From Eledone cirrhosa (Eukaryota), in contig OZ024743.1 in the NCBI GenBank assembly GCA_964016885.1, forward strand, positions 63,426,001 through 63,490,000: a stretch of 64,000 nt of DNA. The letters run 5' to 3'. The notes under the pieces were generated by a model that had not been told where the DNA came from, did no database searches, and saw only the letters and a list, made by a program, of their open reading frames with translations. Made by a program: the position numbers and the translations under genes. Shown here in pieces: positions 14,601 through 28,570 of this stretch; position 1 is the stretch's first letter; every line of letters starts with the position of its first letter.

Positions 14601-15424
14601 GATCTCACTGCCCTTGAATTACTATTCAAACGCTAACAATTCAACCATCATTCCCCACTCATGTCATATTTTAATAGCATCTACTTTCAACATTGCAAGT
14701 TGATAAGAGACATAGAAAAGATACTTGACAATAAATTTTACTAGCTGGAAAACCCAATTTCAAAATCTCCATTTGATAAACAACCTTACTCACCTGAGTT
14801 ATAATGGTAAGAATGATGGAGACTATCTGAGGAAACTACCTCTGGTTCAACCTTAAAAAGTTGCTTATTTTAAAGTGTTTAAATTTATCTCAAAACTTTT
14901 CAAAGTTTTATGTAAGAAACTTTTTTAAGTAATGTTCTAAATACCAGAAAATAATCAGAAACTTATGTTATTAAATCCCTCTAAATTCTTGATTTTCAAA
15001 ATTATTTGGCAGTGTCTTTCATTAGAAAAATGGTATCAAATGTGTAAAGAACTTTTTTGCCAAATCCCTTTCATAATGAAAGAATCAATAGCATCATTTC
15101 ATCATGAAAAGTGCAACAGATTGACAACAATTTTTCAGATAAAGCATGCATGACATTAATATGATGGAAAGAACATCCAGTTCACACTGTAAAGTGATCG
15201 TAGGTGTCATGACAAAAAGCACCCAGCCCACACTGTAAATGTGGTTGGCGTTAGGAAGGGCATCCAGCCGTAGAAAACCATATGAGTGAGACATGGTCAC
15301 CTGACCCAACTTGCCTCTAAATGGGACTAACCTATGCTAGTGTGGAAGATAGACATTAATCGATGATGATAAAGGATAATATAAGATACAAGAAGTCAAT
15401 AGGACTGCAAACAAAATGGTGGAA

Positions 15425-15776
15425 ATCATCATCATCATCATCATCATTTCATTTTACATCCGCTTTTCCCTGCTTGCAAGGGTGGGACGGGAACTGATTC
15501 TGGCTTGATTTCTACAGCTGGATGCCCTTCCTAACACCAACCTCATTTACAGTGAGTGCTGGGTGCTTTTTTGCCGTGGCACCTCCACAACCACTTTGCA
15601 GTGGAATGATAGAGACCCCATTCCTTATCATCTCATTTCTACAGCTGAGTAAACTGGAGCAATGTGAAATAAAGTCTCTTGCTCAAGGAAACAACACATC
15701 ACCTGGTCTGAGAATTGAACTCACAACCTTTCGATTGCAAGGCCAATGCTCTAACCACTAAGCCATGTGCCTCCAT
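15425..15776 (-). mobile_element. Full-length tRNA-derived SINE with RTE-derived 3' tail
   Basis: A box TGGCTTAGTGG, B box GAGTTCAATTC, central ccttgagcaag..actttatttcacattgctccag, then a tail matching the RTE 3'UTR (cactgtaaatgaggttggtgttaggaagggcatccagctgtagaaa...gatgat). Confidence 0.88.
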
Positions 15777-15799
15777 GTGGGAAATGATGATGATAATGA

Positions 15800-16203
15800 T
15801 GTCTAAATTTAGGCAAAAGGCTAACAATTTGCGGGGTTGGGAAAGTTAACTGCATCAATCCCCAGTACGTGACAAGTACTTTATTTTGACCCCAGAAGGA
15901 TAAAACATGATAAATAATAATAATGGTTTCCGATTTAGGCACAAGCTCAACATGATAAATAATAATGGTTTCTTATATAGGCACAAGGCCAGCAATTTTG
16001 GGGAAGGGGAAAGTCGATTAAATCGACCCCAGTGCGTGACTGGTACTTTATTTTATCGACCGACCCCGTAAGGATGAAAGGCAAAGTTAACCTCGGCGGG
16101 ATTTGAATTCAGATCATAAAGGACTAACTCTATGCTGCAAATCATGGTGTCCGACCCTCTACTGATACTGCCAATCCACCGCCCTCACATGATTAATAAT
16201 AAT
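15800..16203 (-). mobile_element. SINE family A copy plus two truncated relatives at one site
   Basis: Full copy at ~15966-16186. The flank acatgataaataataat occurs three times. Confidence 0.85.
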
Positions 16204-19076
16204 AATAATGTTACAGCTCTCACCTATATAGTTTAACTGGCTTTTTACAGAGTTGCTTTTCATGGGTTTCTTGAGTGGGGTGGGGGCAGACTTATATCAC
16301 GGTGATAATGGTTTATATTTAAGCACAAGTTCAACAATTTGCAGAGAGTGGGAAAAGTCAAATCGATGCAAAGAGTGTTAGTGACAGACTGCCTGACCAG
16401 TGGAATGCATCTCAATATTAACGATATACAAATAAGAAGATTTGAAGTAGTCAGAGTAGCACTATAGCTGTGCTAAAAAGGTCAAGGGAAAATCTGTTTA
16501 TCTTCAGGTGGATAAGAACAAGCTTCTTTTATGCTGAACAGATCCAATTAGACTAATCAAGCAGGTATTCACAGAGAATCTTACTGCAAACACCACTGCA
16601 GGAATAAACTTAAAGCAATACAGACATTAGTTAAGTGAAGACTTTAAGAGTATGTAAAGAGGAAAGATAAATTTATAAATCTTATATTAAGGCAGTGAAT
16701 TGGTAGAGCTGTTAGGGCATCACATTAAAAATACCTTGGTATTTGTGTTGGCCCTCTGTGTTCTGAGTTCAAATAAAACTGTGGCTGATAAATACCAATC
16801 CAGTACTGAGGTTCATTCTTGCTCACTCTGTAGGAAATTGGCTGCCCTGTCCAGGAGAGGTATGGGCTCAACCAGGTTTAACATGCCCAAGACATATGCC
16901 ATGTGTCAAGACAGCGCCTCTACAATATTATCAGGAGTTAAGGAACCTATATCTATATTTTACTTACATATTAAAAGAGATTTCACTTATGAAAAGATTA
17001 CATTAACCAGTGTAAAAAATTAAGTTAAATATGGAATAGATCATAAGGATCATCATCATCAGCATTCTCAGGCACTATCTGCCCACAGTAAAGTGGCCTA
17101 GTGGTTATGGTGTTGGACTCATGACCATAAGGTTGTGGGTTTGATTTCTGGACCAAGAGATGCATTGTGCCCTTGAGCAAGACATTTCATTTTGTTCCAA
17201 TCCACTCAGCTGAAAAAGAGGAGAGTACCAACAGCAGCAGCTGAGGGTTAACCCCTGCAATAAACTGGGACCCCTATTGTTAAAACATCAAGAAACATTC
17301 TATAAGAAGCAACCTCATGGGAAGTCAGCTAAACCAACACATGTGTGAGCTGTAAGAATAACAAGGCGAAAGCCTCCCAAAGCCAGTGCCACTGTTTCTA
17401 TCCTATACTACTCTTTTCCATAAACTTATCATTCTCAACCTTCCATGATTATGTGAATCTGTCCCCTACCCCTCGGTCTTCATTCTGTACATAATTTTAT
17501 TCATCTGTTGCCACTTGCATATGCCACATGGTCTCCATATTTTATAAAGTAGCAATGGTCATAACTGTGATTATATATCCTAGAAAGGATATATGATCAC
17601 ATTACATTTCCGTCGTGAAACAAAAGTTTTTGGTAAACTAAAACTAGTTCTAGCTACTTTATAACCAACAATTTCAAGGTGTGCTGCATTTTAATCTCAT
17701 CAGGATCATCATCGTTTTTACATCCACTTTTCCATGCTTGCATGGGTTGGACAGGTCCTTCAAAGCACAGCATCTCTCCACATTTTTAACCCTTTCATGA
17801 TCACATTTCTAATGAAATACACTATTTCAATTAATTATTGAAGAATTTTGAGAGATTTACCAAAATTATTAATTATTTCATTATTAAAATAGTAACTTAA
17901 TATGAGGTTCTTATATAAAATTATGTTGGAAGATTTTAATCCAAATTGGAAACCTTTAAAATGGGTGGTTTTATTCCAGAGAACCAGAGCCAGTTTTGGT
18001 TGGTAACTAAAGGGCTAAATTTTTATAACTTCTTGATTATTTTCACAGTTATTTAAAAATCAGAGGTAGTGTCTTCCATTAGAAATACATTTAACTTTAT
18101 AAATTATTATAAACCATATTTATGTACTTATTTAATCAATTGAAATGTCTGTATAGAACTAGTAAACCTTGACAGCATGGGAAAGAAAAGTATATAACAC
18201 TCTTTATAGTTAAGAAAGAAAAACAAAAGAGAGAAAGCAAGAGATGAAGAAAGGGAGAGAGAGACGTAAGGAATAAAGGGTGCAAAAGAAACAAAAGTAA
18301 GAAAAAGGTGAAAAACAAAGACAGCTAGAAAGCAGTTAAATGTTTCTATTGTTGAAATGTTTCATAGCCGCCATGTACTGGAAGATATTGTTTATGGTTG
18401 GTAGATCCTTGAGAATATATTATACGGAAGACTCCAAACCTTTCAATTGTGTCAAGGACATGACAGCCTCACTAGTGTTGGTGATCTACAAGATAAATGC
18501 ACCCAGTATATGGTGTAAAGTAGTTGGTGATATGAAGGGCATCCAGCCATAGAAAGCTTGCTAAACAAATGGTTGGGAGGACCCTTCAGTTGTGCCAAAG
18601 ACCTGACAATCTCTTATTGGTGCACTTGGTACGAAAGTATAGTGAAGAATTGTCCAACCTTTGCTCGCAAAAAAGCAGACAAACAATGATGATGATAATG
18701 ATTCAATGCTATTGCCATCATTATTGGCGGCATGAGTTTACTAAGTTAATATAAACATGCCACCAGATATTCATGTTCGAATAAAAGAAAAAAAATACAT
18801 GAATTCAGTGGTACCTTCATTTTAAACTTACCAATATTGATTTGACTGCACTAATTTTATTAATACCAGCAGAACAAAGTGTTCTGTCAACCTTAGCACA
18901 AAAAAAACAAAACAAACAATAGTTGGAAGGTATGGAGCCCATATAAAACATCTCCATTTTGCCCTATCATCTACATCCTTGTTTCAGAATGCCTTGGCTA
19001 TCATTTCCTCCATCATTTTTAGTCATATCGTTCTTGGTCTTACCCTTCCCCTCTCTTCCACTTTTATTTCCATCAC

Positions 19077-19272
19077 CCCTCTCACCCAATAATTTTCATC
19101 CTTCTTCAATACATGACCCAACCATCACATTCTATTTCACAACATTCATAACTGGCTCTATTCCCATTATCCTCTCACCCAATGACTTTCATCCTTCCTC
19201 AATACATGACCCAACCATCTCACTCCATTTCTCTTCACAACATTCATCACTGGCTTTATTCCCATTATCCTC
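19077..19272. repeat. Local tandem duplication (2 x ~95 bp)
   Basis: cctctcacccaat.a.tttcatccttc.tcaatacatgacccaaccatc...ttcccattatcctct occurs twice. Confidence 0.85.
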
Positions 19273-20642
19273 TGCTAAGTCAACCTCAGTAAAAAAAAAA
19301 TATGTAAAATTTTAAAAAGATAGAGAGTGTGACAATGAGATCATTTCTCTTTACATGTGTGTGCTTGTGTGTGTATGTTTTGCTATACTGACTTTTATAT
19401 TCTTTTAAAGCAATTTCCAATGTCATAAAATTGACACACAGCTATAGATTACAAGCAAGGATAACACCTAAATCACTTACTCTCCCGCATATTGTTTTAC
19501 AAGGCAGCTAAATTATAATTAACCAGTGACTAAAGAGGAATTGAAACTGGTGTTACCAACTCTAACACAGCCCAGCGGTGAAATAAGATTGCGAGAAAGT
19601 TATTTACTCAACCAATTACAACTAATACATTAAATTATTTTAAGATGGTGTGCCAAACACCATTAAATAGAAGTAAGCTCCTGCTGAGCTGAGTTAGAAT
19701 CTCAATTCAAGCAATTTCATTTATATTACCAAACTCCTTCAGAAAGACATAACAATCACAAATTTATATATTTGACATTCTCATAAAAATCTTAAGCTTC
19801 ATTGCATATGTAAGAACGCTTTTAGAGCTGTGAAGTCAACATGACAGGTAAAGAACCAGAGAAATTGTATTCTTTTATTCTTTTATTAGTTTTAGTCAGA
19901 CTATGGCCATACTGGAGCATCACCTTAAAGTTGATCATATTGACCCAGTGTTTATTTTTTTTCATCACCTTAAAGTTGATCATATTAACCCAGTGTTTAT
20001 TTTTTTAAAGTCTAGTACTTATTTTATCAATCTCTTTGTTGAACTACTAAGTTACTGGGCAAACACAGACACAAACATAGACACACACCCTTGCTAACAA
20101 AGGAAAATGGACGTTAAATGATGATGTAACCCAAGATTAAAGTAGAAGACACTTATCAAAGGTGCTGTACAGAGGGACTGAACATAAAACCATGTGGTTG
20201 TGAAGTGAACTCCTTAACTACATAACCATGTCTGTACATTTACAGTATTCAGTTTTATGTCTCTCAATCTCATGGTTTTTCCATCAGAATGACTTTGCTT
20301 TTTATTCCCTTAGAGTGGCATGGGCAACCTTTTTCAAGCAGTGGGCTGCATATGATATAGTTTATCATAAAGTGAGCCGCACAACTAAAAGATTCAAGGT
20401 AATTTTGAAATTAAGCGTGGCATTCAGAAAGCCAAATGGGCCGCATGCAGCTTGCAGTTTGCCCAAGACTGCCCTAGAGATTGGTAAGCCAGTAGTATAC
20501 ACATCCATGACAGCATTAAACAATATTTTTTACAAAATATGTTAATTACATTTAACCCTTTTGATACTACATCACCTGAAATTGTCTCTAGTTTTACTAT
20601 ACTAATCAAATACCAGGTTAATTAGAAACTTGGTTATATTAT

Positions 20643-20836
20643 ATTGGCAGTATATATAGAGGGTTGGACGCCATACTTTCTAGCATAGTTTCTAGCATAG
20701 TTACGTCCCTTTACAGTCTGAGTTCAAATTCCGTTGAGGTTAACTTTGCCTTTCATCCTTACGGGGTCGATAAAATAAAGTACCAGTAATGTACTGGATA
20801 ATTGCTGGCCTTGTGTGAAAGGTAGAAACAATTATT
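20643..20836 (+). mobile_element. SINE family A copy inside an older AT-rich MITE
   Basis: Same body and tail as the other A copies. Confidence 0.85.
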
Positions 20837-23626
20837 AAATCCCTCCAAATTCCGGATTATTTTCATAATCTATTTGAAAATCATTGGCAAGGTGTTTCAT
20901 TAGAAACAAGGTTATGAAAGAGATAAAGAATTTATATTTATCTTAAAACCTGCTCTCATAATTTTGGGGAGTTGGGGAGATAAAACCATTTGTGAAGTTA
21001 CATTCTAAAGTCCAGTTTAATAAAAAAAAAAAAGCTGGTTATATTACTATCTGTCTGGTGCCCTAACATCTGCTAATACACCAGCCTTGTTGCTATGGTA
21101 ATAGTAACCAACTCCTTAATTAGGTATGAAGCCCAAGAGATGTGGGGATTCTCCAATTAACCTTTAAATCTCTCAACCTAAGAACTGCAATAATGCTTAC
21201 TAAACTGATGGGATGTAGTGGAGGGTATTGTTACTGACCATACCTAAGTTCTAAAGTAGGCACCTTTCAGGCCTGACTGACCATGAGTTGCACTGGGAAA
21301 GTTCCCATCAAAGGCACATATTTTAAACAAATGCTGTGTAGATGTCAAGGACATGGTCCTGTTTAGTCTAGGACATTAGTTTCAATTAAATACTGACTTG
21401 GTTTGCGACAGCTCATCCAACCCATGCCAGCATGGAAGAACAAGTGGTAAATGGTAATATTATATCCATTTTTCCATGCTTGAATAGGTCTTCAAGTACA
21501 GTGTTTTACCACTTGTAGTCCCTTAACATTGCCTTCATAAGATCCAGCATTTTAAGACCATCTTTCATCATTACTTCCCATCTCTTCCACAGGTTCAGTA
21601 ATATACATACACATATTTACATATAATGTCTCTGTATGTATGAATTTGCATACAACTTTTTTATACCTAACCACTCTGGTTCTGATACAAAGCTGTTTCA
21701 TTTCAAGTGTTTATGGCTATCTAAAATCCTTCCCTCATAATTTTATGTAAGAACCTTTAAGTTATGTTCCAGACATCAGCTTAATAATGAGAAAGTTAAT
21801 GATATTACTGATTCATCTAAATTCTTTATTATTTTCAAAATTATAGGCAGTGCCTTTCATTATAAATATAGTACTGAAAGGGTTAAATGGATTTCTAAAG
21901 ATCCAGGTTCTTGCATAAAAGTTGGTTTTCTCTATATTCAATTGCTTAATTTATTAAGCTTTCGTAGTCCATAAGATATCAGTAGTTAGTTGTTAGGGAA
22001 CTTACTTGACTAGTCTTAGATAGATAGTTTGACTGTTCTCACCCTATGACATTTCATATAGTAAAAACAGCTGTGGATTTCAAAGGTTTAACAACTTCAT
22101 CCATTACAATCTGTTCTTCTAGATTACATTGTCAAAAATATCTACCAACAATAACACCTGGTTTATATAGATCTATATAATCTAATACATCAAATGCTTT
22201 GGTTTTTAAATAGAAATCGTAGTGCTTATAAACCTTTCCACTACCAAGGACCCCTTTTGTTTATATGGCCCCCTTGCTGTTATACCACCTGCACCACATA
22301 CTCCGAGGTTGTTAAATGGTAAAAGTAACAATTGACAGAAATGTCTATACTAAGAGAAGAATGTATATTCAATAGCTAGTGCATATTGTTTTATCAAAGT
22401 ACTTGAGATTTTCAAATTAACTTATGGACGTCGCCCTCCACCACTATTACCTTTGCCCCCTTCCAAGTGTCCACGGACCCCAGGTTGGGAACTGTTGCAG
22501 CATTGAAGCAAAAACAAAATCGCATCTGGACCCAGTTACTGCATAAAAACTAGACAAAATCCTTTGTATTAGCCTAAATTTATGTTCAGTCTACAGATAA
22601 CAATTTAAATGCTAAAAGCAAACTCTACATGAAAGTCTTTACTGCAAGACCTGACTCACAGAAATACTAAATAAAAAATACATAAAAGAAAGAAAATGTA
22701 CAGAGAAATAGCAATCAAGATTCAACAAACCAATATTCCTTAATACAGAAAGTATAAGATTAAAAATTTAAATCAATAGTAATTGAGCAATGTTTTACTT
22801 CCGATTGAAATTATTATGTAACATTGAATATATATGTAGATATTTTCTAATTATATGCAAAAACAATTTGTCTGTCTGTCAAATGGAGTTGACTGTCTTC
22901 CCCAAATTTAATACATAAATAATTTGGAGTTATATTTATCGTTTTTTTTTTTTGCTATATGAACAAATTTACAATAGTTATACAATTTGCCAGTTTAGGA
23001 GTAAAAAATATTATATTCGTTCCACCGTAACGTGAAAAGAGATACTCAATATCAATTTTTAAAATCCGATTCTATACTGCAATAGCCAAAAAAATTTGAT
23101 GTGGAATTATTTCAAAGAAATATTACGTGAATGTGTAAGGAATGTAAAAAAAATGTATGAATTACTCGAGAAAAATTTGGGTACTACGCTAGTTAGAAAT
23201 GTACCTTGTATCTGTCTCTTCAATAAGAGAATAGTATGAATACTCGTATAGTATTTCAGTACTATGCTACTTGTATCTAGCTATCATATTACCTTCCTGT
23301 AGTAACATGGCAGAAAGTACCTGTCACACACTAAAAACAAGCGCCAAAGATCGACTCCATATCAAATACATCTAGAAATCATATCAAATCTTTTTTTTTT
23401 TTATATGTGAAGATCTTAAATTAGTAAGCATAATCAGATCTTACTTTTACAGGAAACTTTTAAAATGTCTTTATATGTGTGTAACTAGTTACAGGCGAAG
23501 CACTTAATACTATTTCGAGGTCTGTCTCTTAACAGGGCCCTGGTCATTATGATTGTACCCAGAACTGAACGATATTGAAACACTTGTAATATCCAATAAA
23601 GTTTCTACATATGCTGCAACAGTCAC

Positions 23627-23953
23627 TATATATATATAGATGTGTATGTATATATGTATGTGTGTATATATGTATGTATGTATGTATGTGTGTATATATG
23701 TATATATGTATGTATGTGTGTGTATATATGTATATATGTATGTATGTGTGTATATATGTGTGTGTATATATGTGTGTGTATATATGTGTGTGTATATATG
23801 TGTGTATATATGTGTGTGTATATGTGTGTGTATATGTGTGTGTATATATGTGTGTGTGTATATATGTGTGTGTATATATATGTGTGTGTGTGTGTATATA
23901 TATATGTGTGTGTGTATATATATGTGTGTGTGTATATATATGTGTGTGTGTGT
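23627..23953. repeat. Compound (TA)/(TG) microsatellite
   Basis: Direct reading. Confidence 0.95.
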
Positions 23954-25004
23954 GCGGCCTCAGCCGAATGGCTGGAACAGGTAAAAGAAGAATATATTCT
24001 TTGTAAATAATAACAATAATAATAATATATATATATATATATATATATATTAAGTCAACCGAATTTAGAAATAGGAAGTGTACTTATTGAATTAAAATTG
24101 TAATCATACATAAAACTAAGGGTAACTGAATGCATTTATTTAAAGAGAGGAAGTGTATTTACTAAATTAACCTAATTTGACATATACATGATACAATAAT
24201 TAAGAAACAGCTAAACGAAACAAAACTCTTAGTGTATGTGCAAGAGGCTTTTACGATATAGCTTTTAATAATTTAAAATGCCGGACAAAGTCATCCGAAC
24301 TAATTAATCACCATCAGATGATAGATCGTCTATGTGGTGGTTTCTCAATCCACTAAAAATGGCAACCAAATAACTCTTAAATCACCCACCCACTGTCTTA
24401 AGCAATGAAAGACAGTGTTGCATGCCCTTTAAAAACATTGATGGACTGCCTTTGATCATAGCTCTCTGTACAATCAGGTTTGATATGAGGCTAAACACTA
24501 ATACATCACTGACTGATATGGTATCAAAACTAATTTATGTGTTTTCGGGATTTTAGAAAAAACTTAAGTAATAAAAAGTAATGAAACATCGAAAAATTAA
24601 AATGGTAACATTAAACTTGTATGTATGTATGTATGTGTGTAGTGTGTGTGTGTGTGTACACACACAACTCAGAAACTATACGAGAATTCTCAAAATTGCT
24701 TACACATAAACAAGGTTAAAATTAAATGAGGTTTAAAGTAAAACTATAAAAATTCAAAAAACCTTATTTAATATGTTGGTGGTTTGAAGTTAAGTATGAA
24801 ACTAAATAAACAATAACAAAAAATAGTTTTATATCAAATGCTATCTTCAAATGAGATCCAGTATAGCTGGAATAAAACACCCTCAGATGAAAAGAATGTA
24901 AATAGAGGCAGAAAAAAAAGAAGCCCTGAACTGACAGAGTATTGTTATAATTGTTATTGAATTGCAATCAACAGTTGTGTAGCTGCTCTCTCACTTAAAC
25001 TTCA

Positions 25005-25352
25005 CCAATACCATACAAATATGCCATACATGCATACATACAAAGATATAATACCAGATATACGTGCATACATACATATAAAGACAATGCCATACATACA
25101 CACATACAACGACAATGCCATACACACATACTAAGACATAATACCATATATACGTGCATACATACATGCAAAGACAATGCCATACATACACGCATACAAA
25201 GACAATGCCATACATACATACTAAGACATAATACCAGATATACATACTAAGACAATACCAGATATACGTGCATACATACATGCAAAAACTAATGCCATAC
25301 ATATATAGATATGTCATATATACACCAAAGACATAATATCAGATATACATAC
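25005..25352. repeat. Complex minisatellite (gacaatgccatacatac / ctaagacataataccagatatac units)
   Basis: Two interleaved 20-40 bp units repeated several times. Confidence 0.85.
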
Positions 25353-25519
25353 TAACAGATTCAGAAACTCGCTACGTTCGAGAGGCACTGGAAAATCATT
25401 AATTAACCTCACTAAGTCAACATTTTCTATCATTATCAGAATACGTTATTTTCGCGAGTTTCCGCACAAACGACAAAATATGTTTTTTATTGACATTTAA
25501 CAAATTGAGCAGCATTATA

Positions 25520-25905
25520 TGGATTGGCAGTATCGGTAGAAGGTCGGACGCCATGCTTTGACGCATAGAGTTACGGCCCTTGCCATTCTGTGTTCAAATC
25601 CCGCCGAGGTTAACTTTGCCTTTCATCCTTACGGGGTCGATAAAATAAAGTACCACTAATGTACTGGGTAATTGCTGGCTTTGTGCCAAAGGTAGAAACA
25701 ATTATATATATATTGGTGGGGTGAATTGGCAGTATCGGTAGAGGGTCGGACGCCATGCTTTCCAGCACAGTTACGTACCTTTATGTTCTAAGTTCAAATC
25801 CCGCCAAGGTTAACTTTGCCTTTCATCCTTACGGGGTCGATAAAATAAAGTACCAGTAATGCACTGGAATAATTGCTGGCCTTGTGCCAAAAGTAGAAAC
25901 ATTTA
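25520..25905 (+). mobile_element. Two tandem SINE family A copies
   Basis: Two full bodies. tatatatattggtgg flanks the second copy on both sides. Confidence 0.9.
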
Positions 25906-26265
25906 TATATATTGGTGGAGTACCTGAGTCGCCCCTGGATGGTTCAGCCCCCACCTCCATTGAGGAATTTATTTTATATTTTTTTCATTGTTAAATTGGG
26001 TTTGTTATTGTGCATTTTTACTCAATCTTAGTGTAAACCCCCACTGTCCCTGCCTTTCTATTGTCCCCTTCCGGCCAATAGAGAAACCATCATTATTATC
26101 ATTATTATCATTATTATCAGTAGTATAAAATAAAGCACCAGTAATGCACTGGGGACGATTTAATCGCCTCCCCCCTCACCCCAAAATCGTTGGCCTTGTG
26201 CCTAAATCAGAAACCATAATTATTAGTAGTAGGCCTGTTGCTCTTTCCCGTCTACGGTTCGAGCT

Positions 26266-26299
<34 letters not shown>

Positions 26300-28256
26300 A
26301 TTGAAATTACTGTTGCTACTCTGAGTTTCGCCGATCATGCAACAGAGGATCATCTCAGTAATATATATATATATTCTCTACTTTGGTATTGAGCACTTTT
26401 TCCTCATGTTTGCAAACCTAAACGTACGGAGATTATACGTCCGCGCGTGCACACACACATTATATATATATATATATATATATAAACACACACATACATT
26501 CGGTTTGTAAAAAGATCTCATGACTGGTATATGTGTGTATATATAATATATACAGCAAGATATGGGTATGGAAGAGAATGGTAGAATTATGGGTGTGTAC
26601 GTATGTAGTGGCTTCGATATAGTTGAGAGAAGATAACTGGTGGATGACCTAAAAGATATAGAACTGACTAGATAGAAAGTAAAAAGAATATAATGCTTAA
26701 CTATATTTAGTGATCAGTATCTACCTTAGTAGTAGTAGTAATCACATACACACAAACGCACGCAAACACGACATTGTATCTACGAATGTATATATATGGA
26801 TAGAGCAGTGCGTGATACTTTTATATATTTGCGTACACGTAAGCTAAGATAGATAAATTAAAAGTATGCCTAAGTGCAGAAAGTAATCTACTTAGCTATA
26901 ATTACTTACTTTTATATATAGATATTTTTAATTTATCAATTATTAATAGCTAAATATGGAAACGTGTTAAGTGGGGGTGATATTGTGCAAAATTTAGGTT
27001 TCGTAAGTAAAAGAGTGGAGGGGTGAAGAATTACAAGTCTGTAATTTCTAGTGACTAACGTGACAAAAATGGGAAATCCTTTTCATGTGAGAGATAGAAT
27101 AGAAAGCATTGAACAACTTTATTTTGTTTTCAAACTATATTATATATTACAGATCGGGAAAGGTTCCATGCGGTCACTCAACCTGCTAGAAATGGCAAGC
27201 AAATTCCTTCAAGACACACCTATTGTATTCAACTATGAAAGACACATTGTTGAATGTAGAAAAGAAAGTGGTGGTCAAACAAGGAATACTTCTAATCATA
27301 AGGCCTCCTCAATCAGGGCTGATCCGAAATTAAACAATAGAAAAGCGATGGAAGGGAAGAAGGGTTAGATTATCATTAACCCGAACCTGATTAACTGGAG
27401 CCACTTCATTTGTTTTACTAATTTCAAAATGATAAACGATAAAATATAACCACGTCTAGATCCACCCCATATAAAATATAAATCTGAGTGTACGGATTAC
27501 TTCACACCCACTTTTCTAATAATGATAATTACTGCTTATATAATCAAAAAAAGTAACAAGGCATCAGTCGCAAATTAATAAATCTAAGAAACAAATCTAT
27601 TAAGTGTATTCCTTCCTTTTAATCGTGGTTTCAGTATTTATCTATAGCACCAACACAGCGTGATTCAGAATAAAGATATGCGATATGCTCACAGCTTAAA
27701 ATATAGCGAAACTATGTTTATTATATATAAACATATTGAATATGGGTCCATAAACGCATTTATGTTTTCTCCTCTTCATTATGTATGTACAAATAAAAAT
27801 GAAATATATAGTCGACATTGACCTCCGAAGGAATGCCAAAATAAAGGCAAAGTCGACTACAAAATATCAGCGAACACTCCTCTATATACATTTCTCGCAT
27901 AAACAAAACTTAATATTTATAGAGGAAAGGAAATGAGATATGATGTTTATATGTTTCTTAAAGGCTACTTTAGCAATCGATGTAATTGAAGTGAAATGGT
28001 TATAACCAGGACTCAAACGAGCCAGAGAGCTTCTACGTGGTCGTTCTACTCGTTAAAGGTAGCAACCAAAATCTCCCCCCAAATTACATCCTATTGCCTT
28101 TAAAAAAAAAATGACGGACGAATCTATAAATAAATGAATAAATAATAAATAAAAAGGCTAAGGCGCCTCTGATTATATCTGAAGACTGACCTAGAGATCA
28201 ACTGGGAATCAAAATGATTCAGACACGACTCGACAGAGACGTGCCACTATCCTTAC

Positions 28257-28570
28257 AGTACTACATAATTGTTTCTACTATTGGCACAAGGCAAGCAATT
28301 ACCCAGTACATTACTGGTACTTTATTTTATCGACCCCGTAAGGATGAAAGGCAAAGTTAACCTTGGCGGGATTTGAAGTACTACATAATGGGTTGTAATT
28401 TAGGTACAAGGCAAGCAATTGGAGGGGGAGTAAATCGACCTCAGTACTTTATTTTATCGGCCCCTTAAGAATGAAAGAAAGTTGACCTCGGTGGGATTTG
28501 AACTAAGAACGTAAAGAGCCGGAACAAACATCGCAAAGCATTTTGTCCGATATATTAATGATTCTGCTAA
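28257..28570 (-). mobile_element. Truncated SINE A with 13-bp TSD plus an older related SINE
   Basis: agtactacataat at 28257-28269 and 28377-28389. Confidence 0.85.

Noticed and set aside
15700-15776. tRNA-like sequences with A/B boxes (also ~41430-41500, 52110-52186)
   Set aside because: These are SINE heads. The anticodon region varies between copies and the acceptor stem is incomplete.
23611-24010. ORFs of 114-131 aa rich in C/V/Y/I/M (similar ones at 10.5, 25.0, 52.2 and 54.4 kb)
   Set aside because: Translations of microsatellites and minisatellites.
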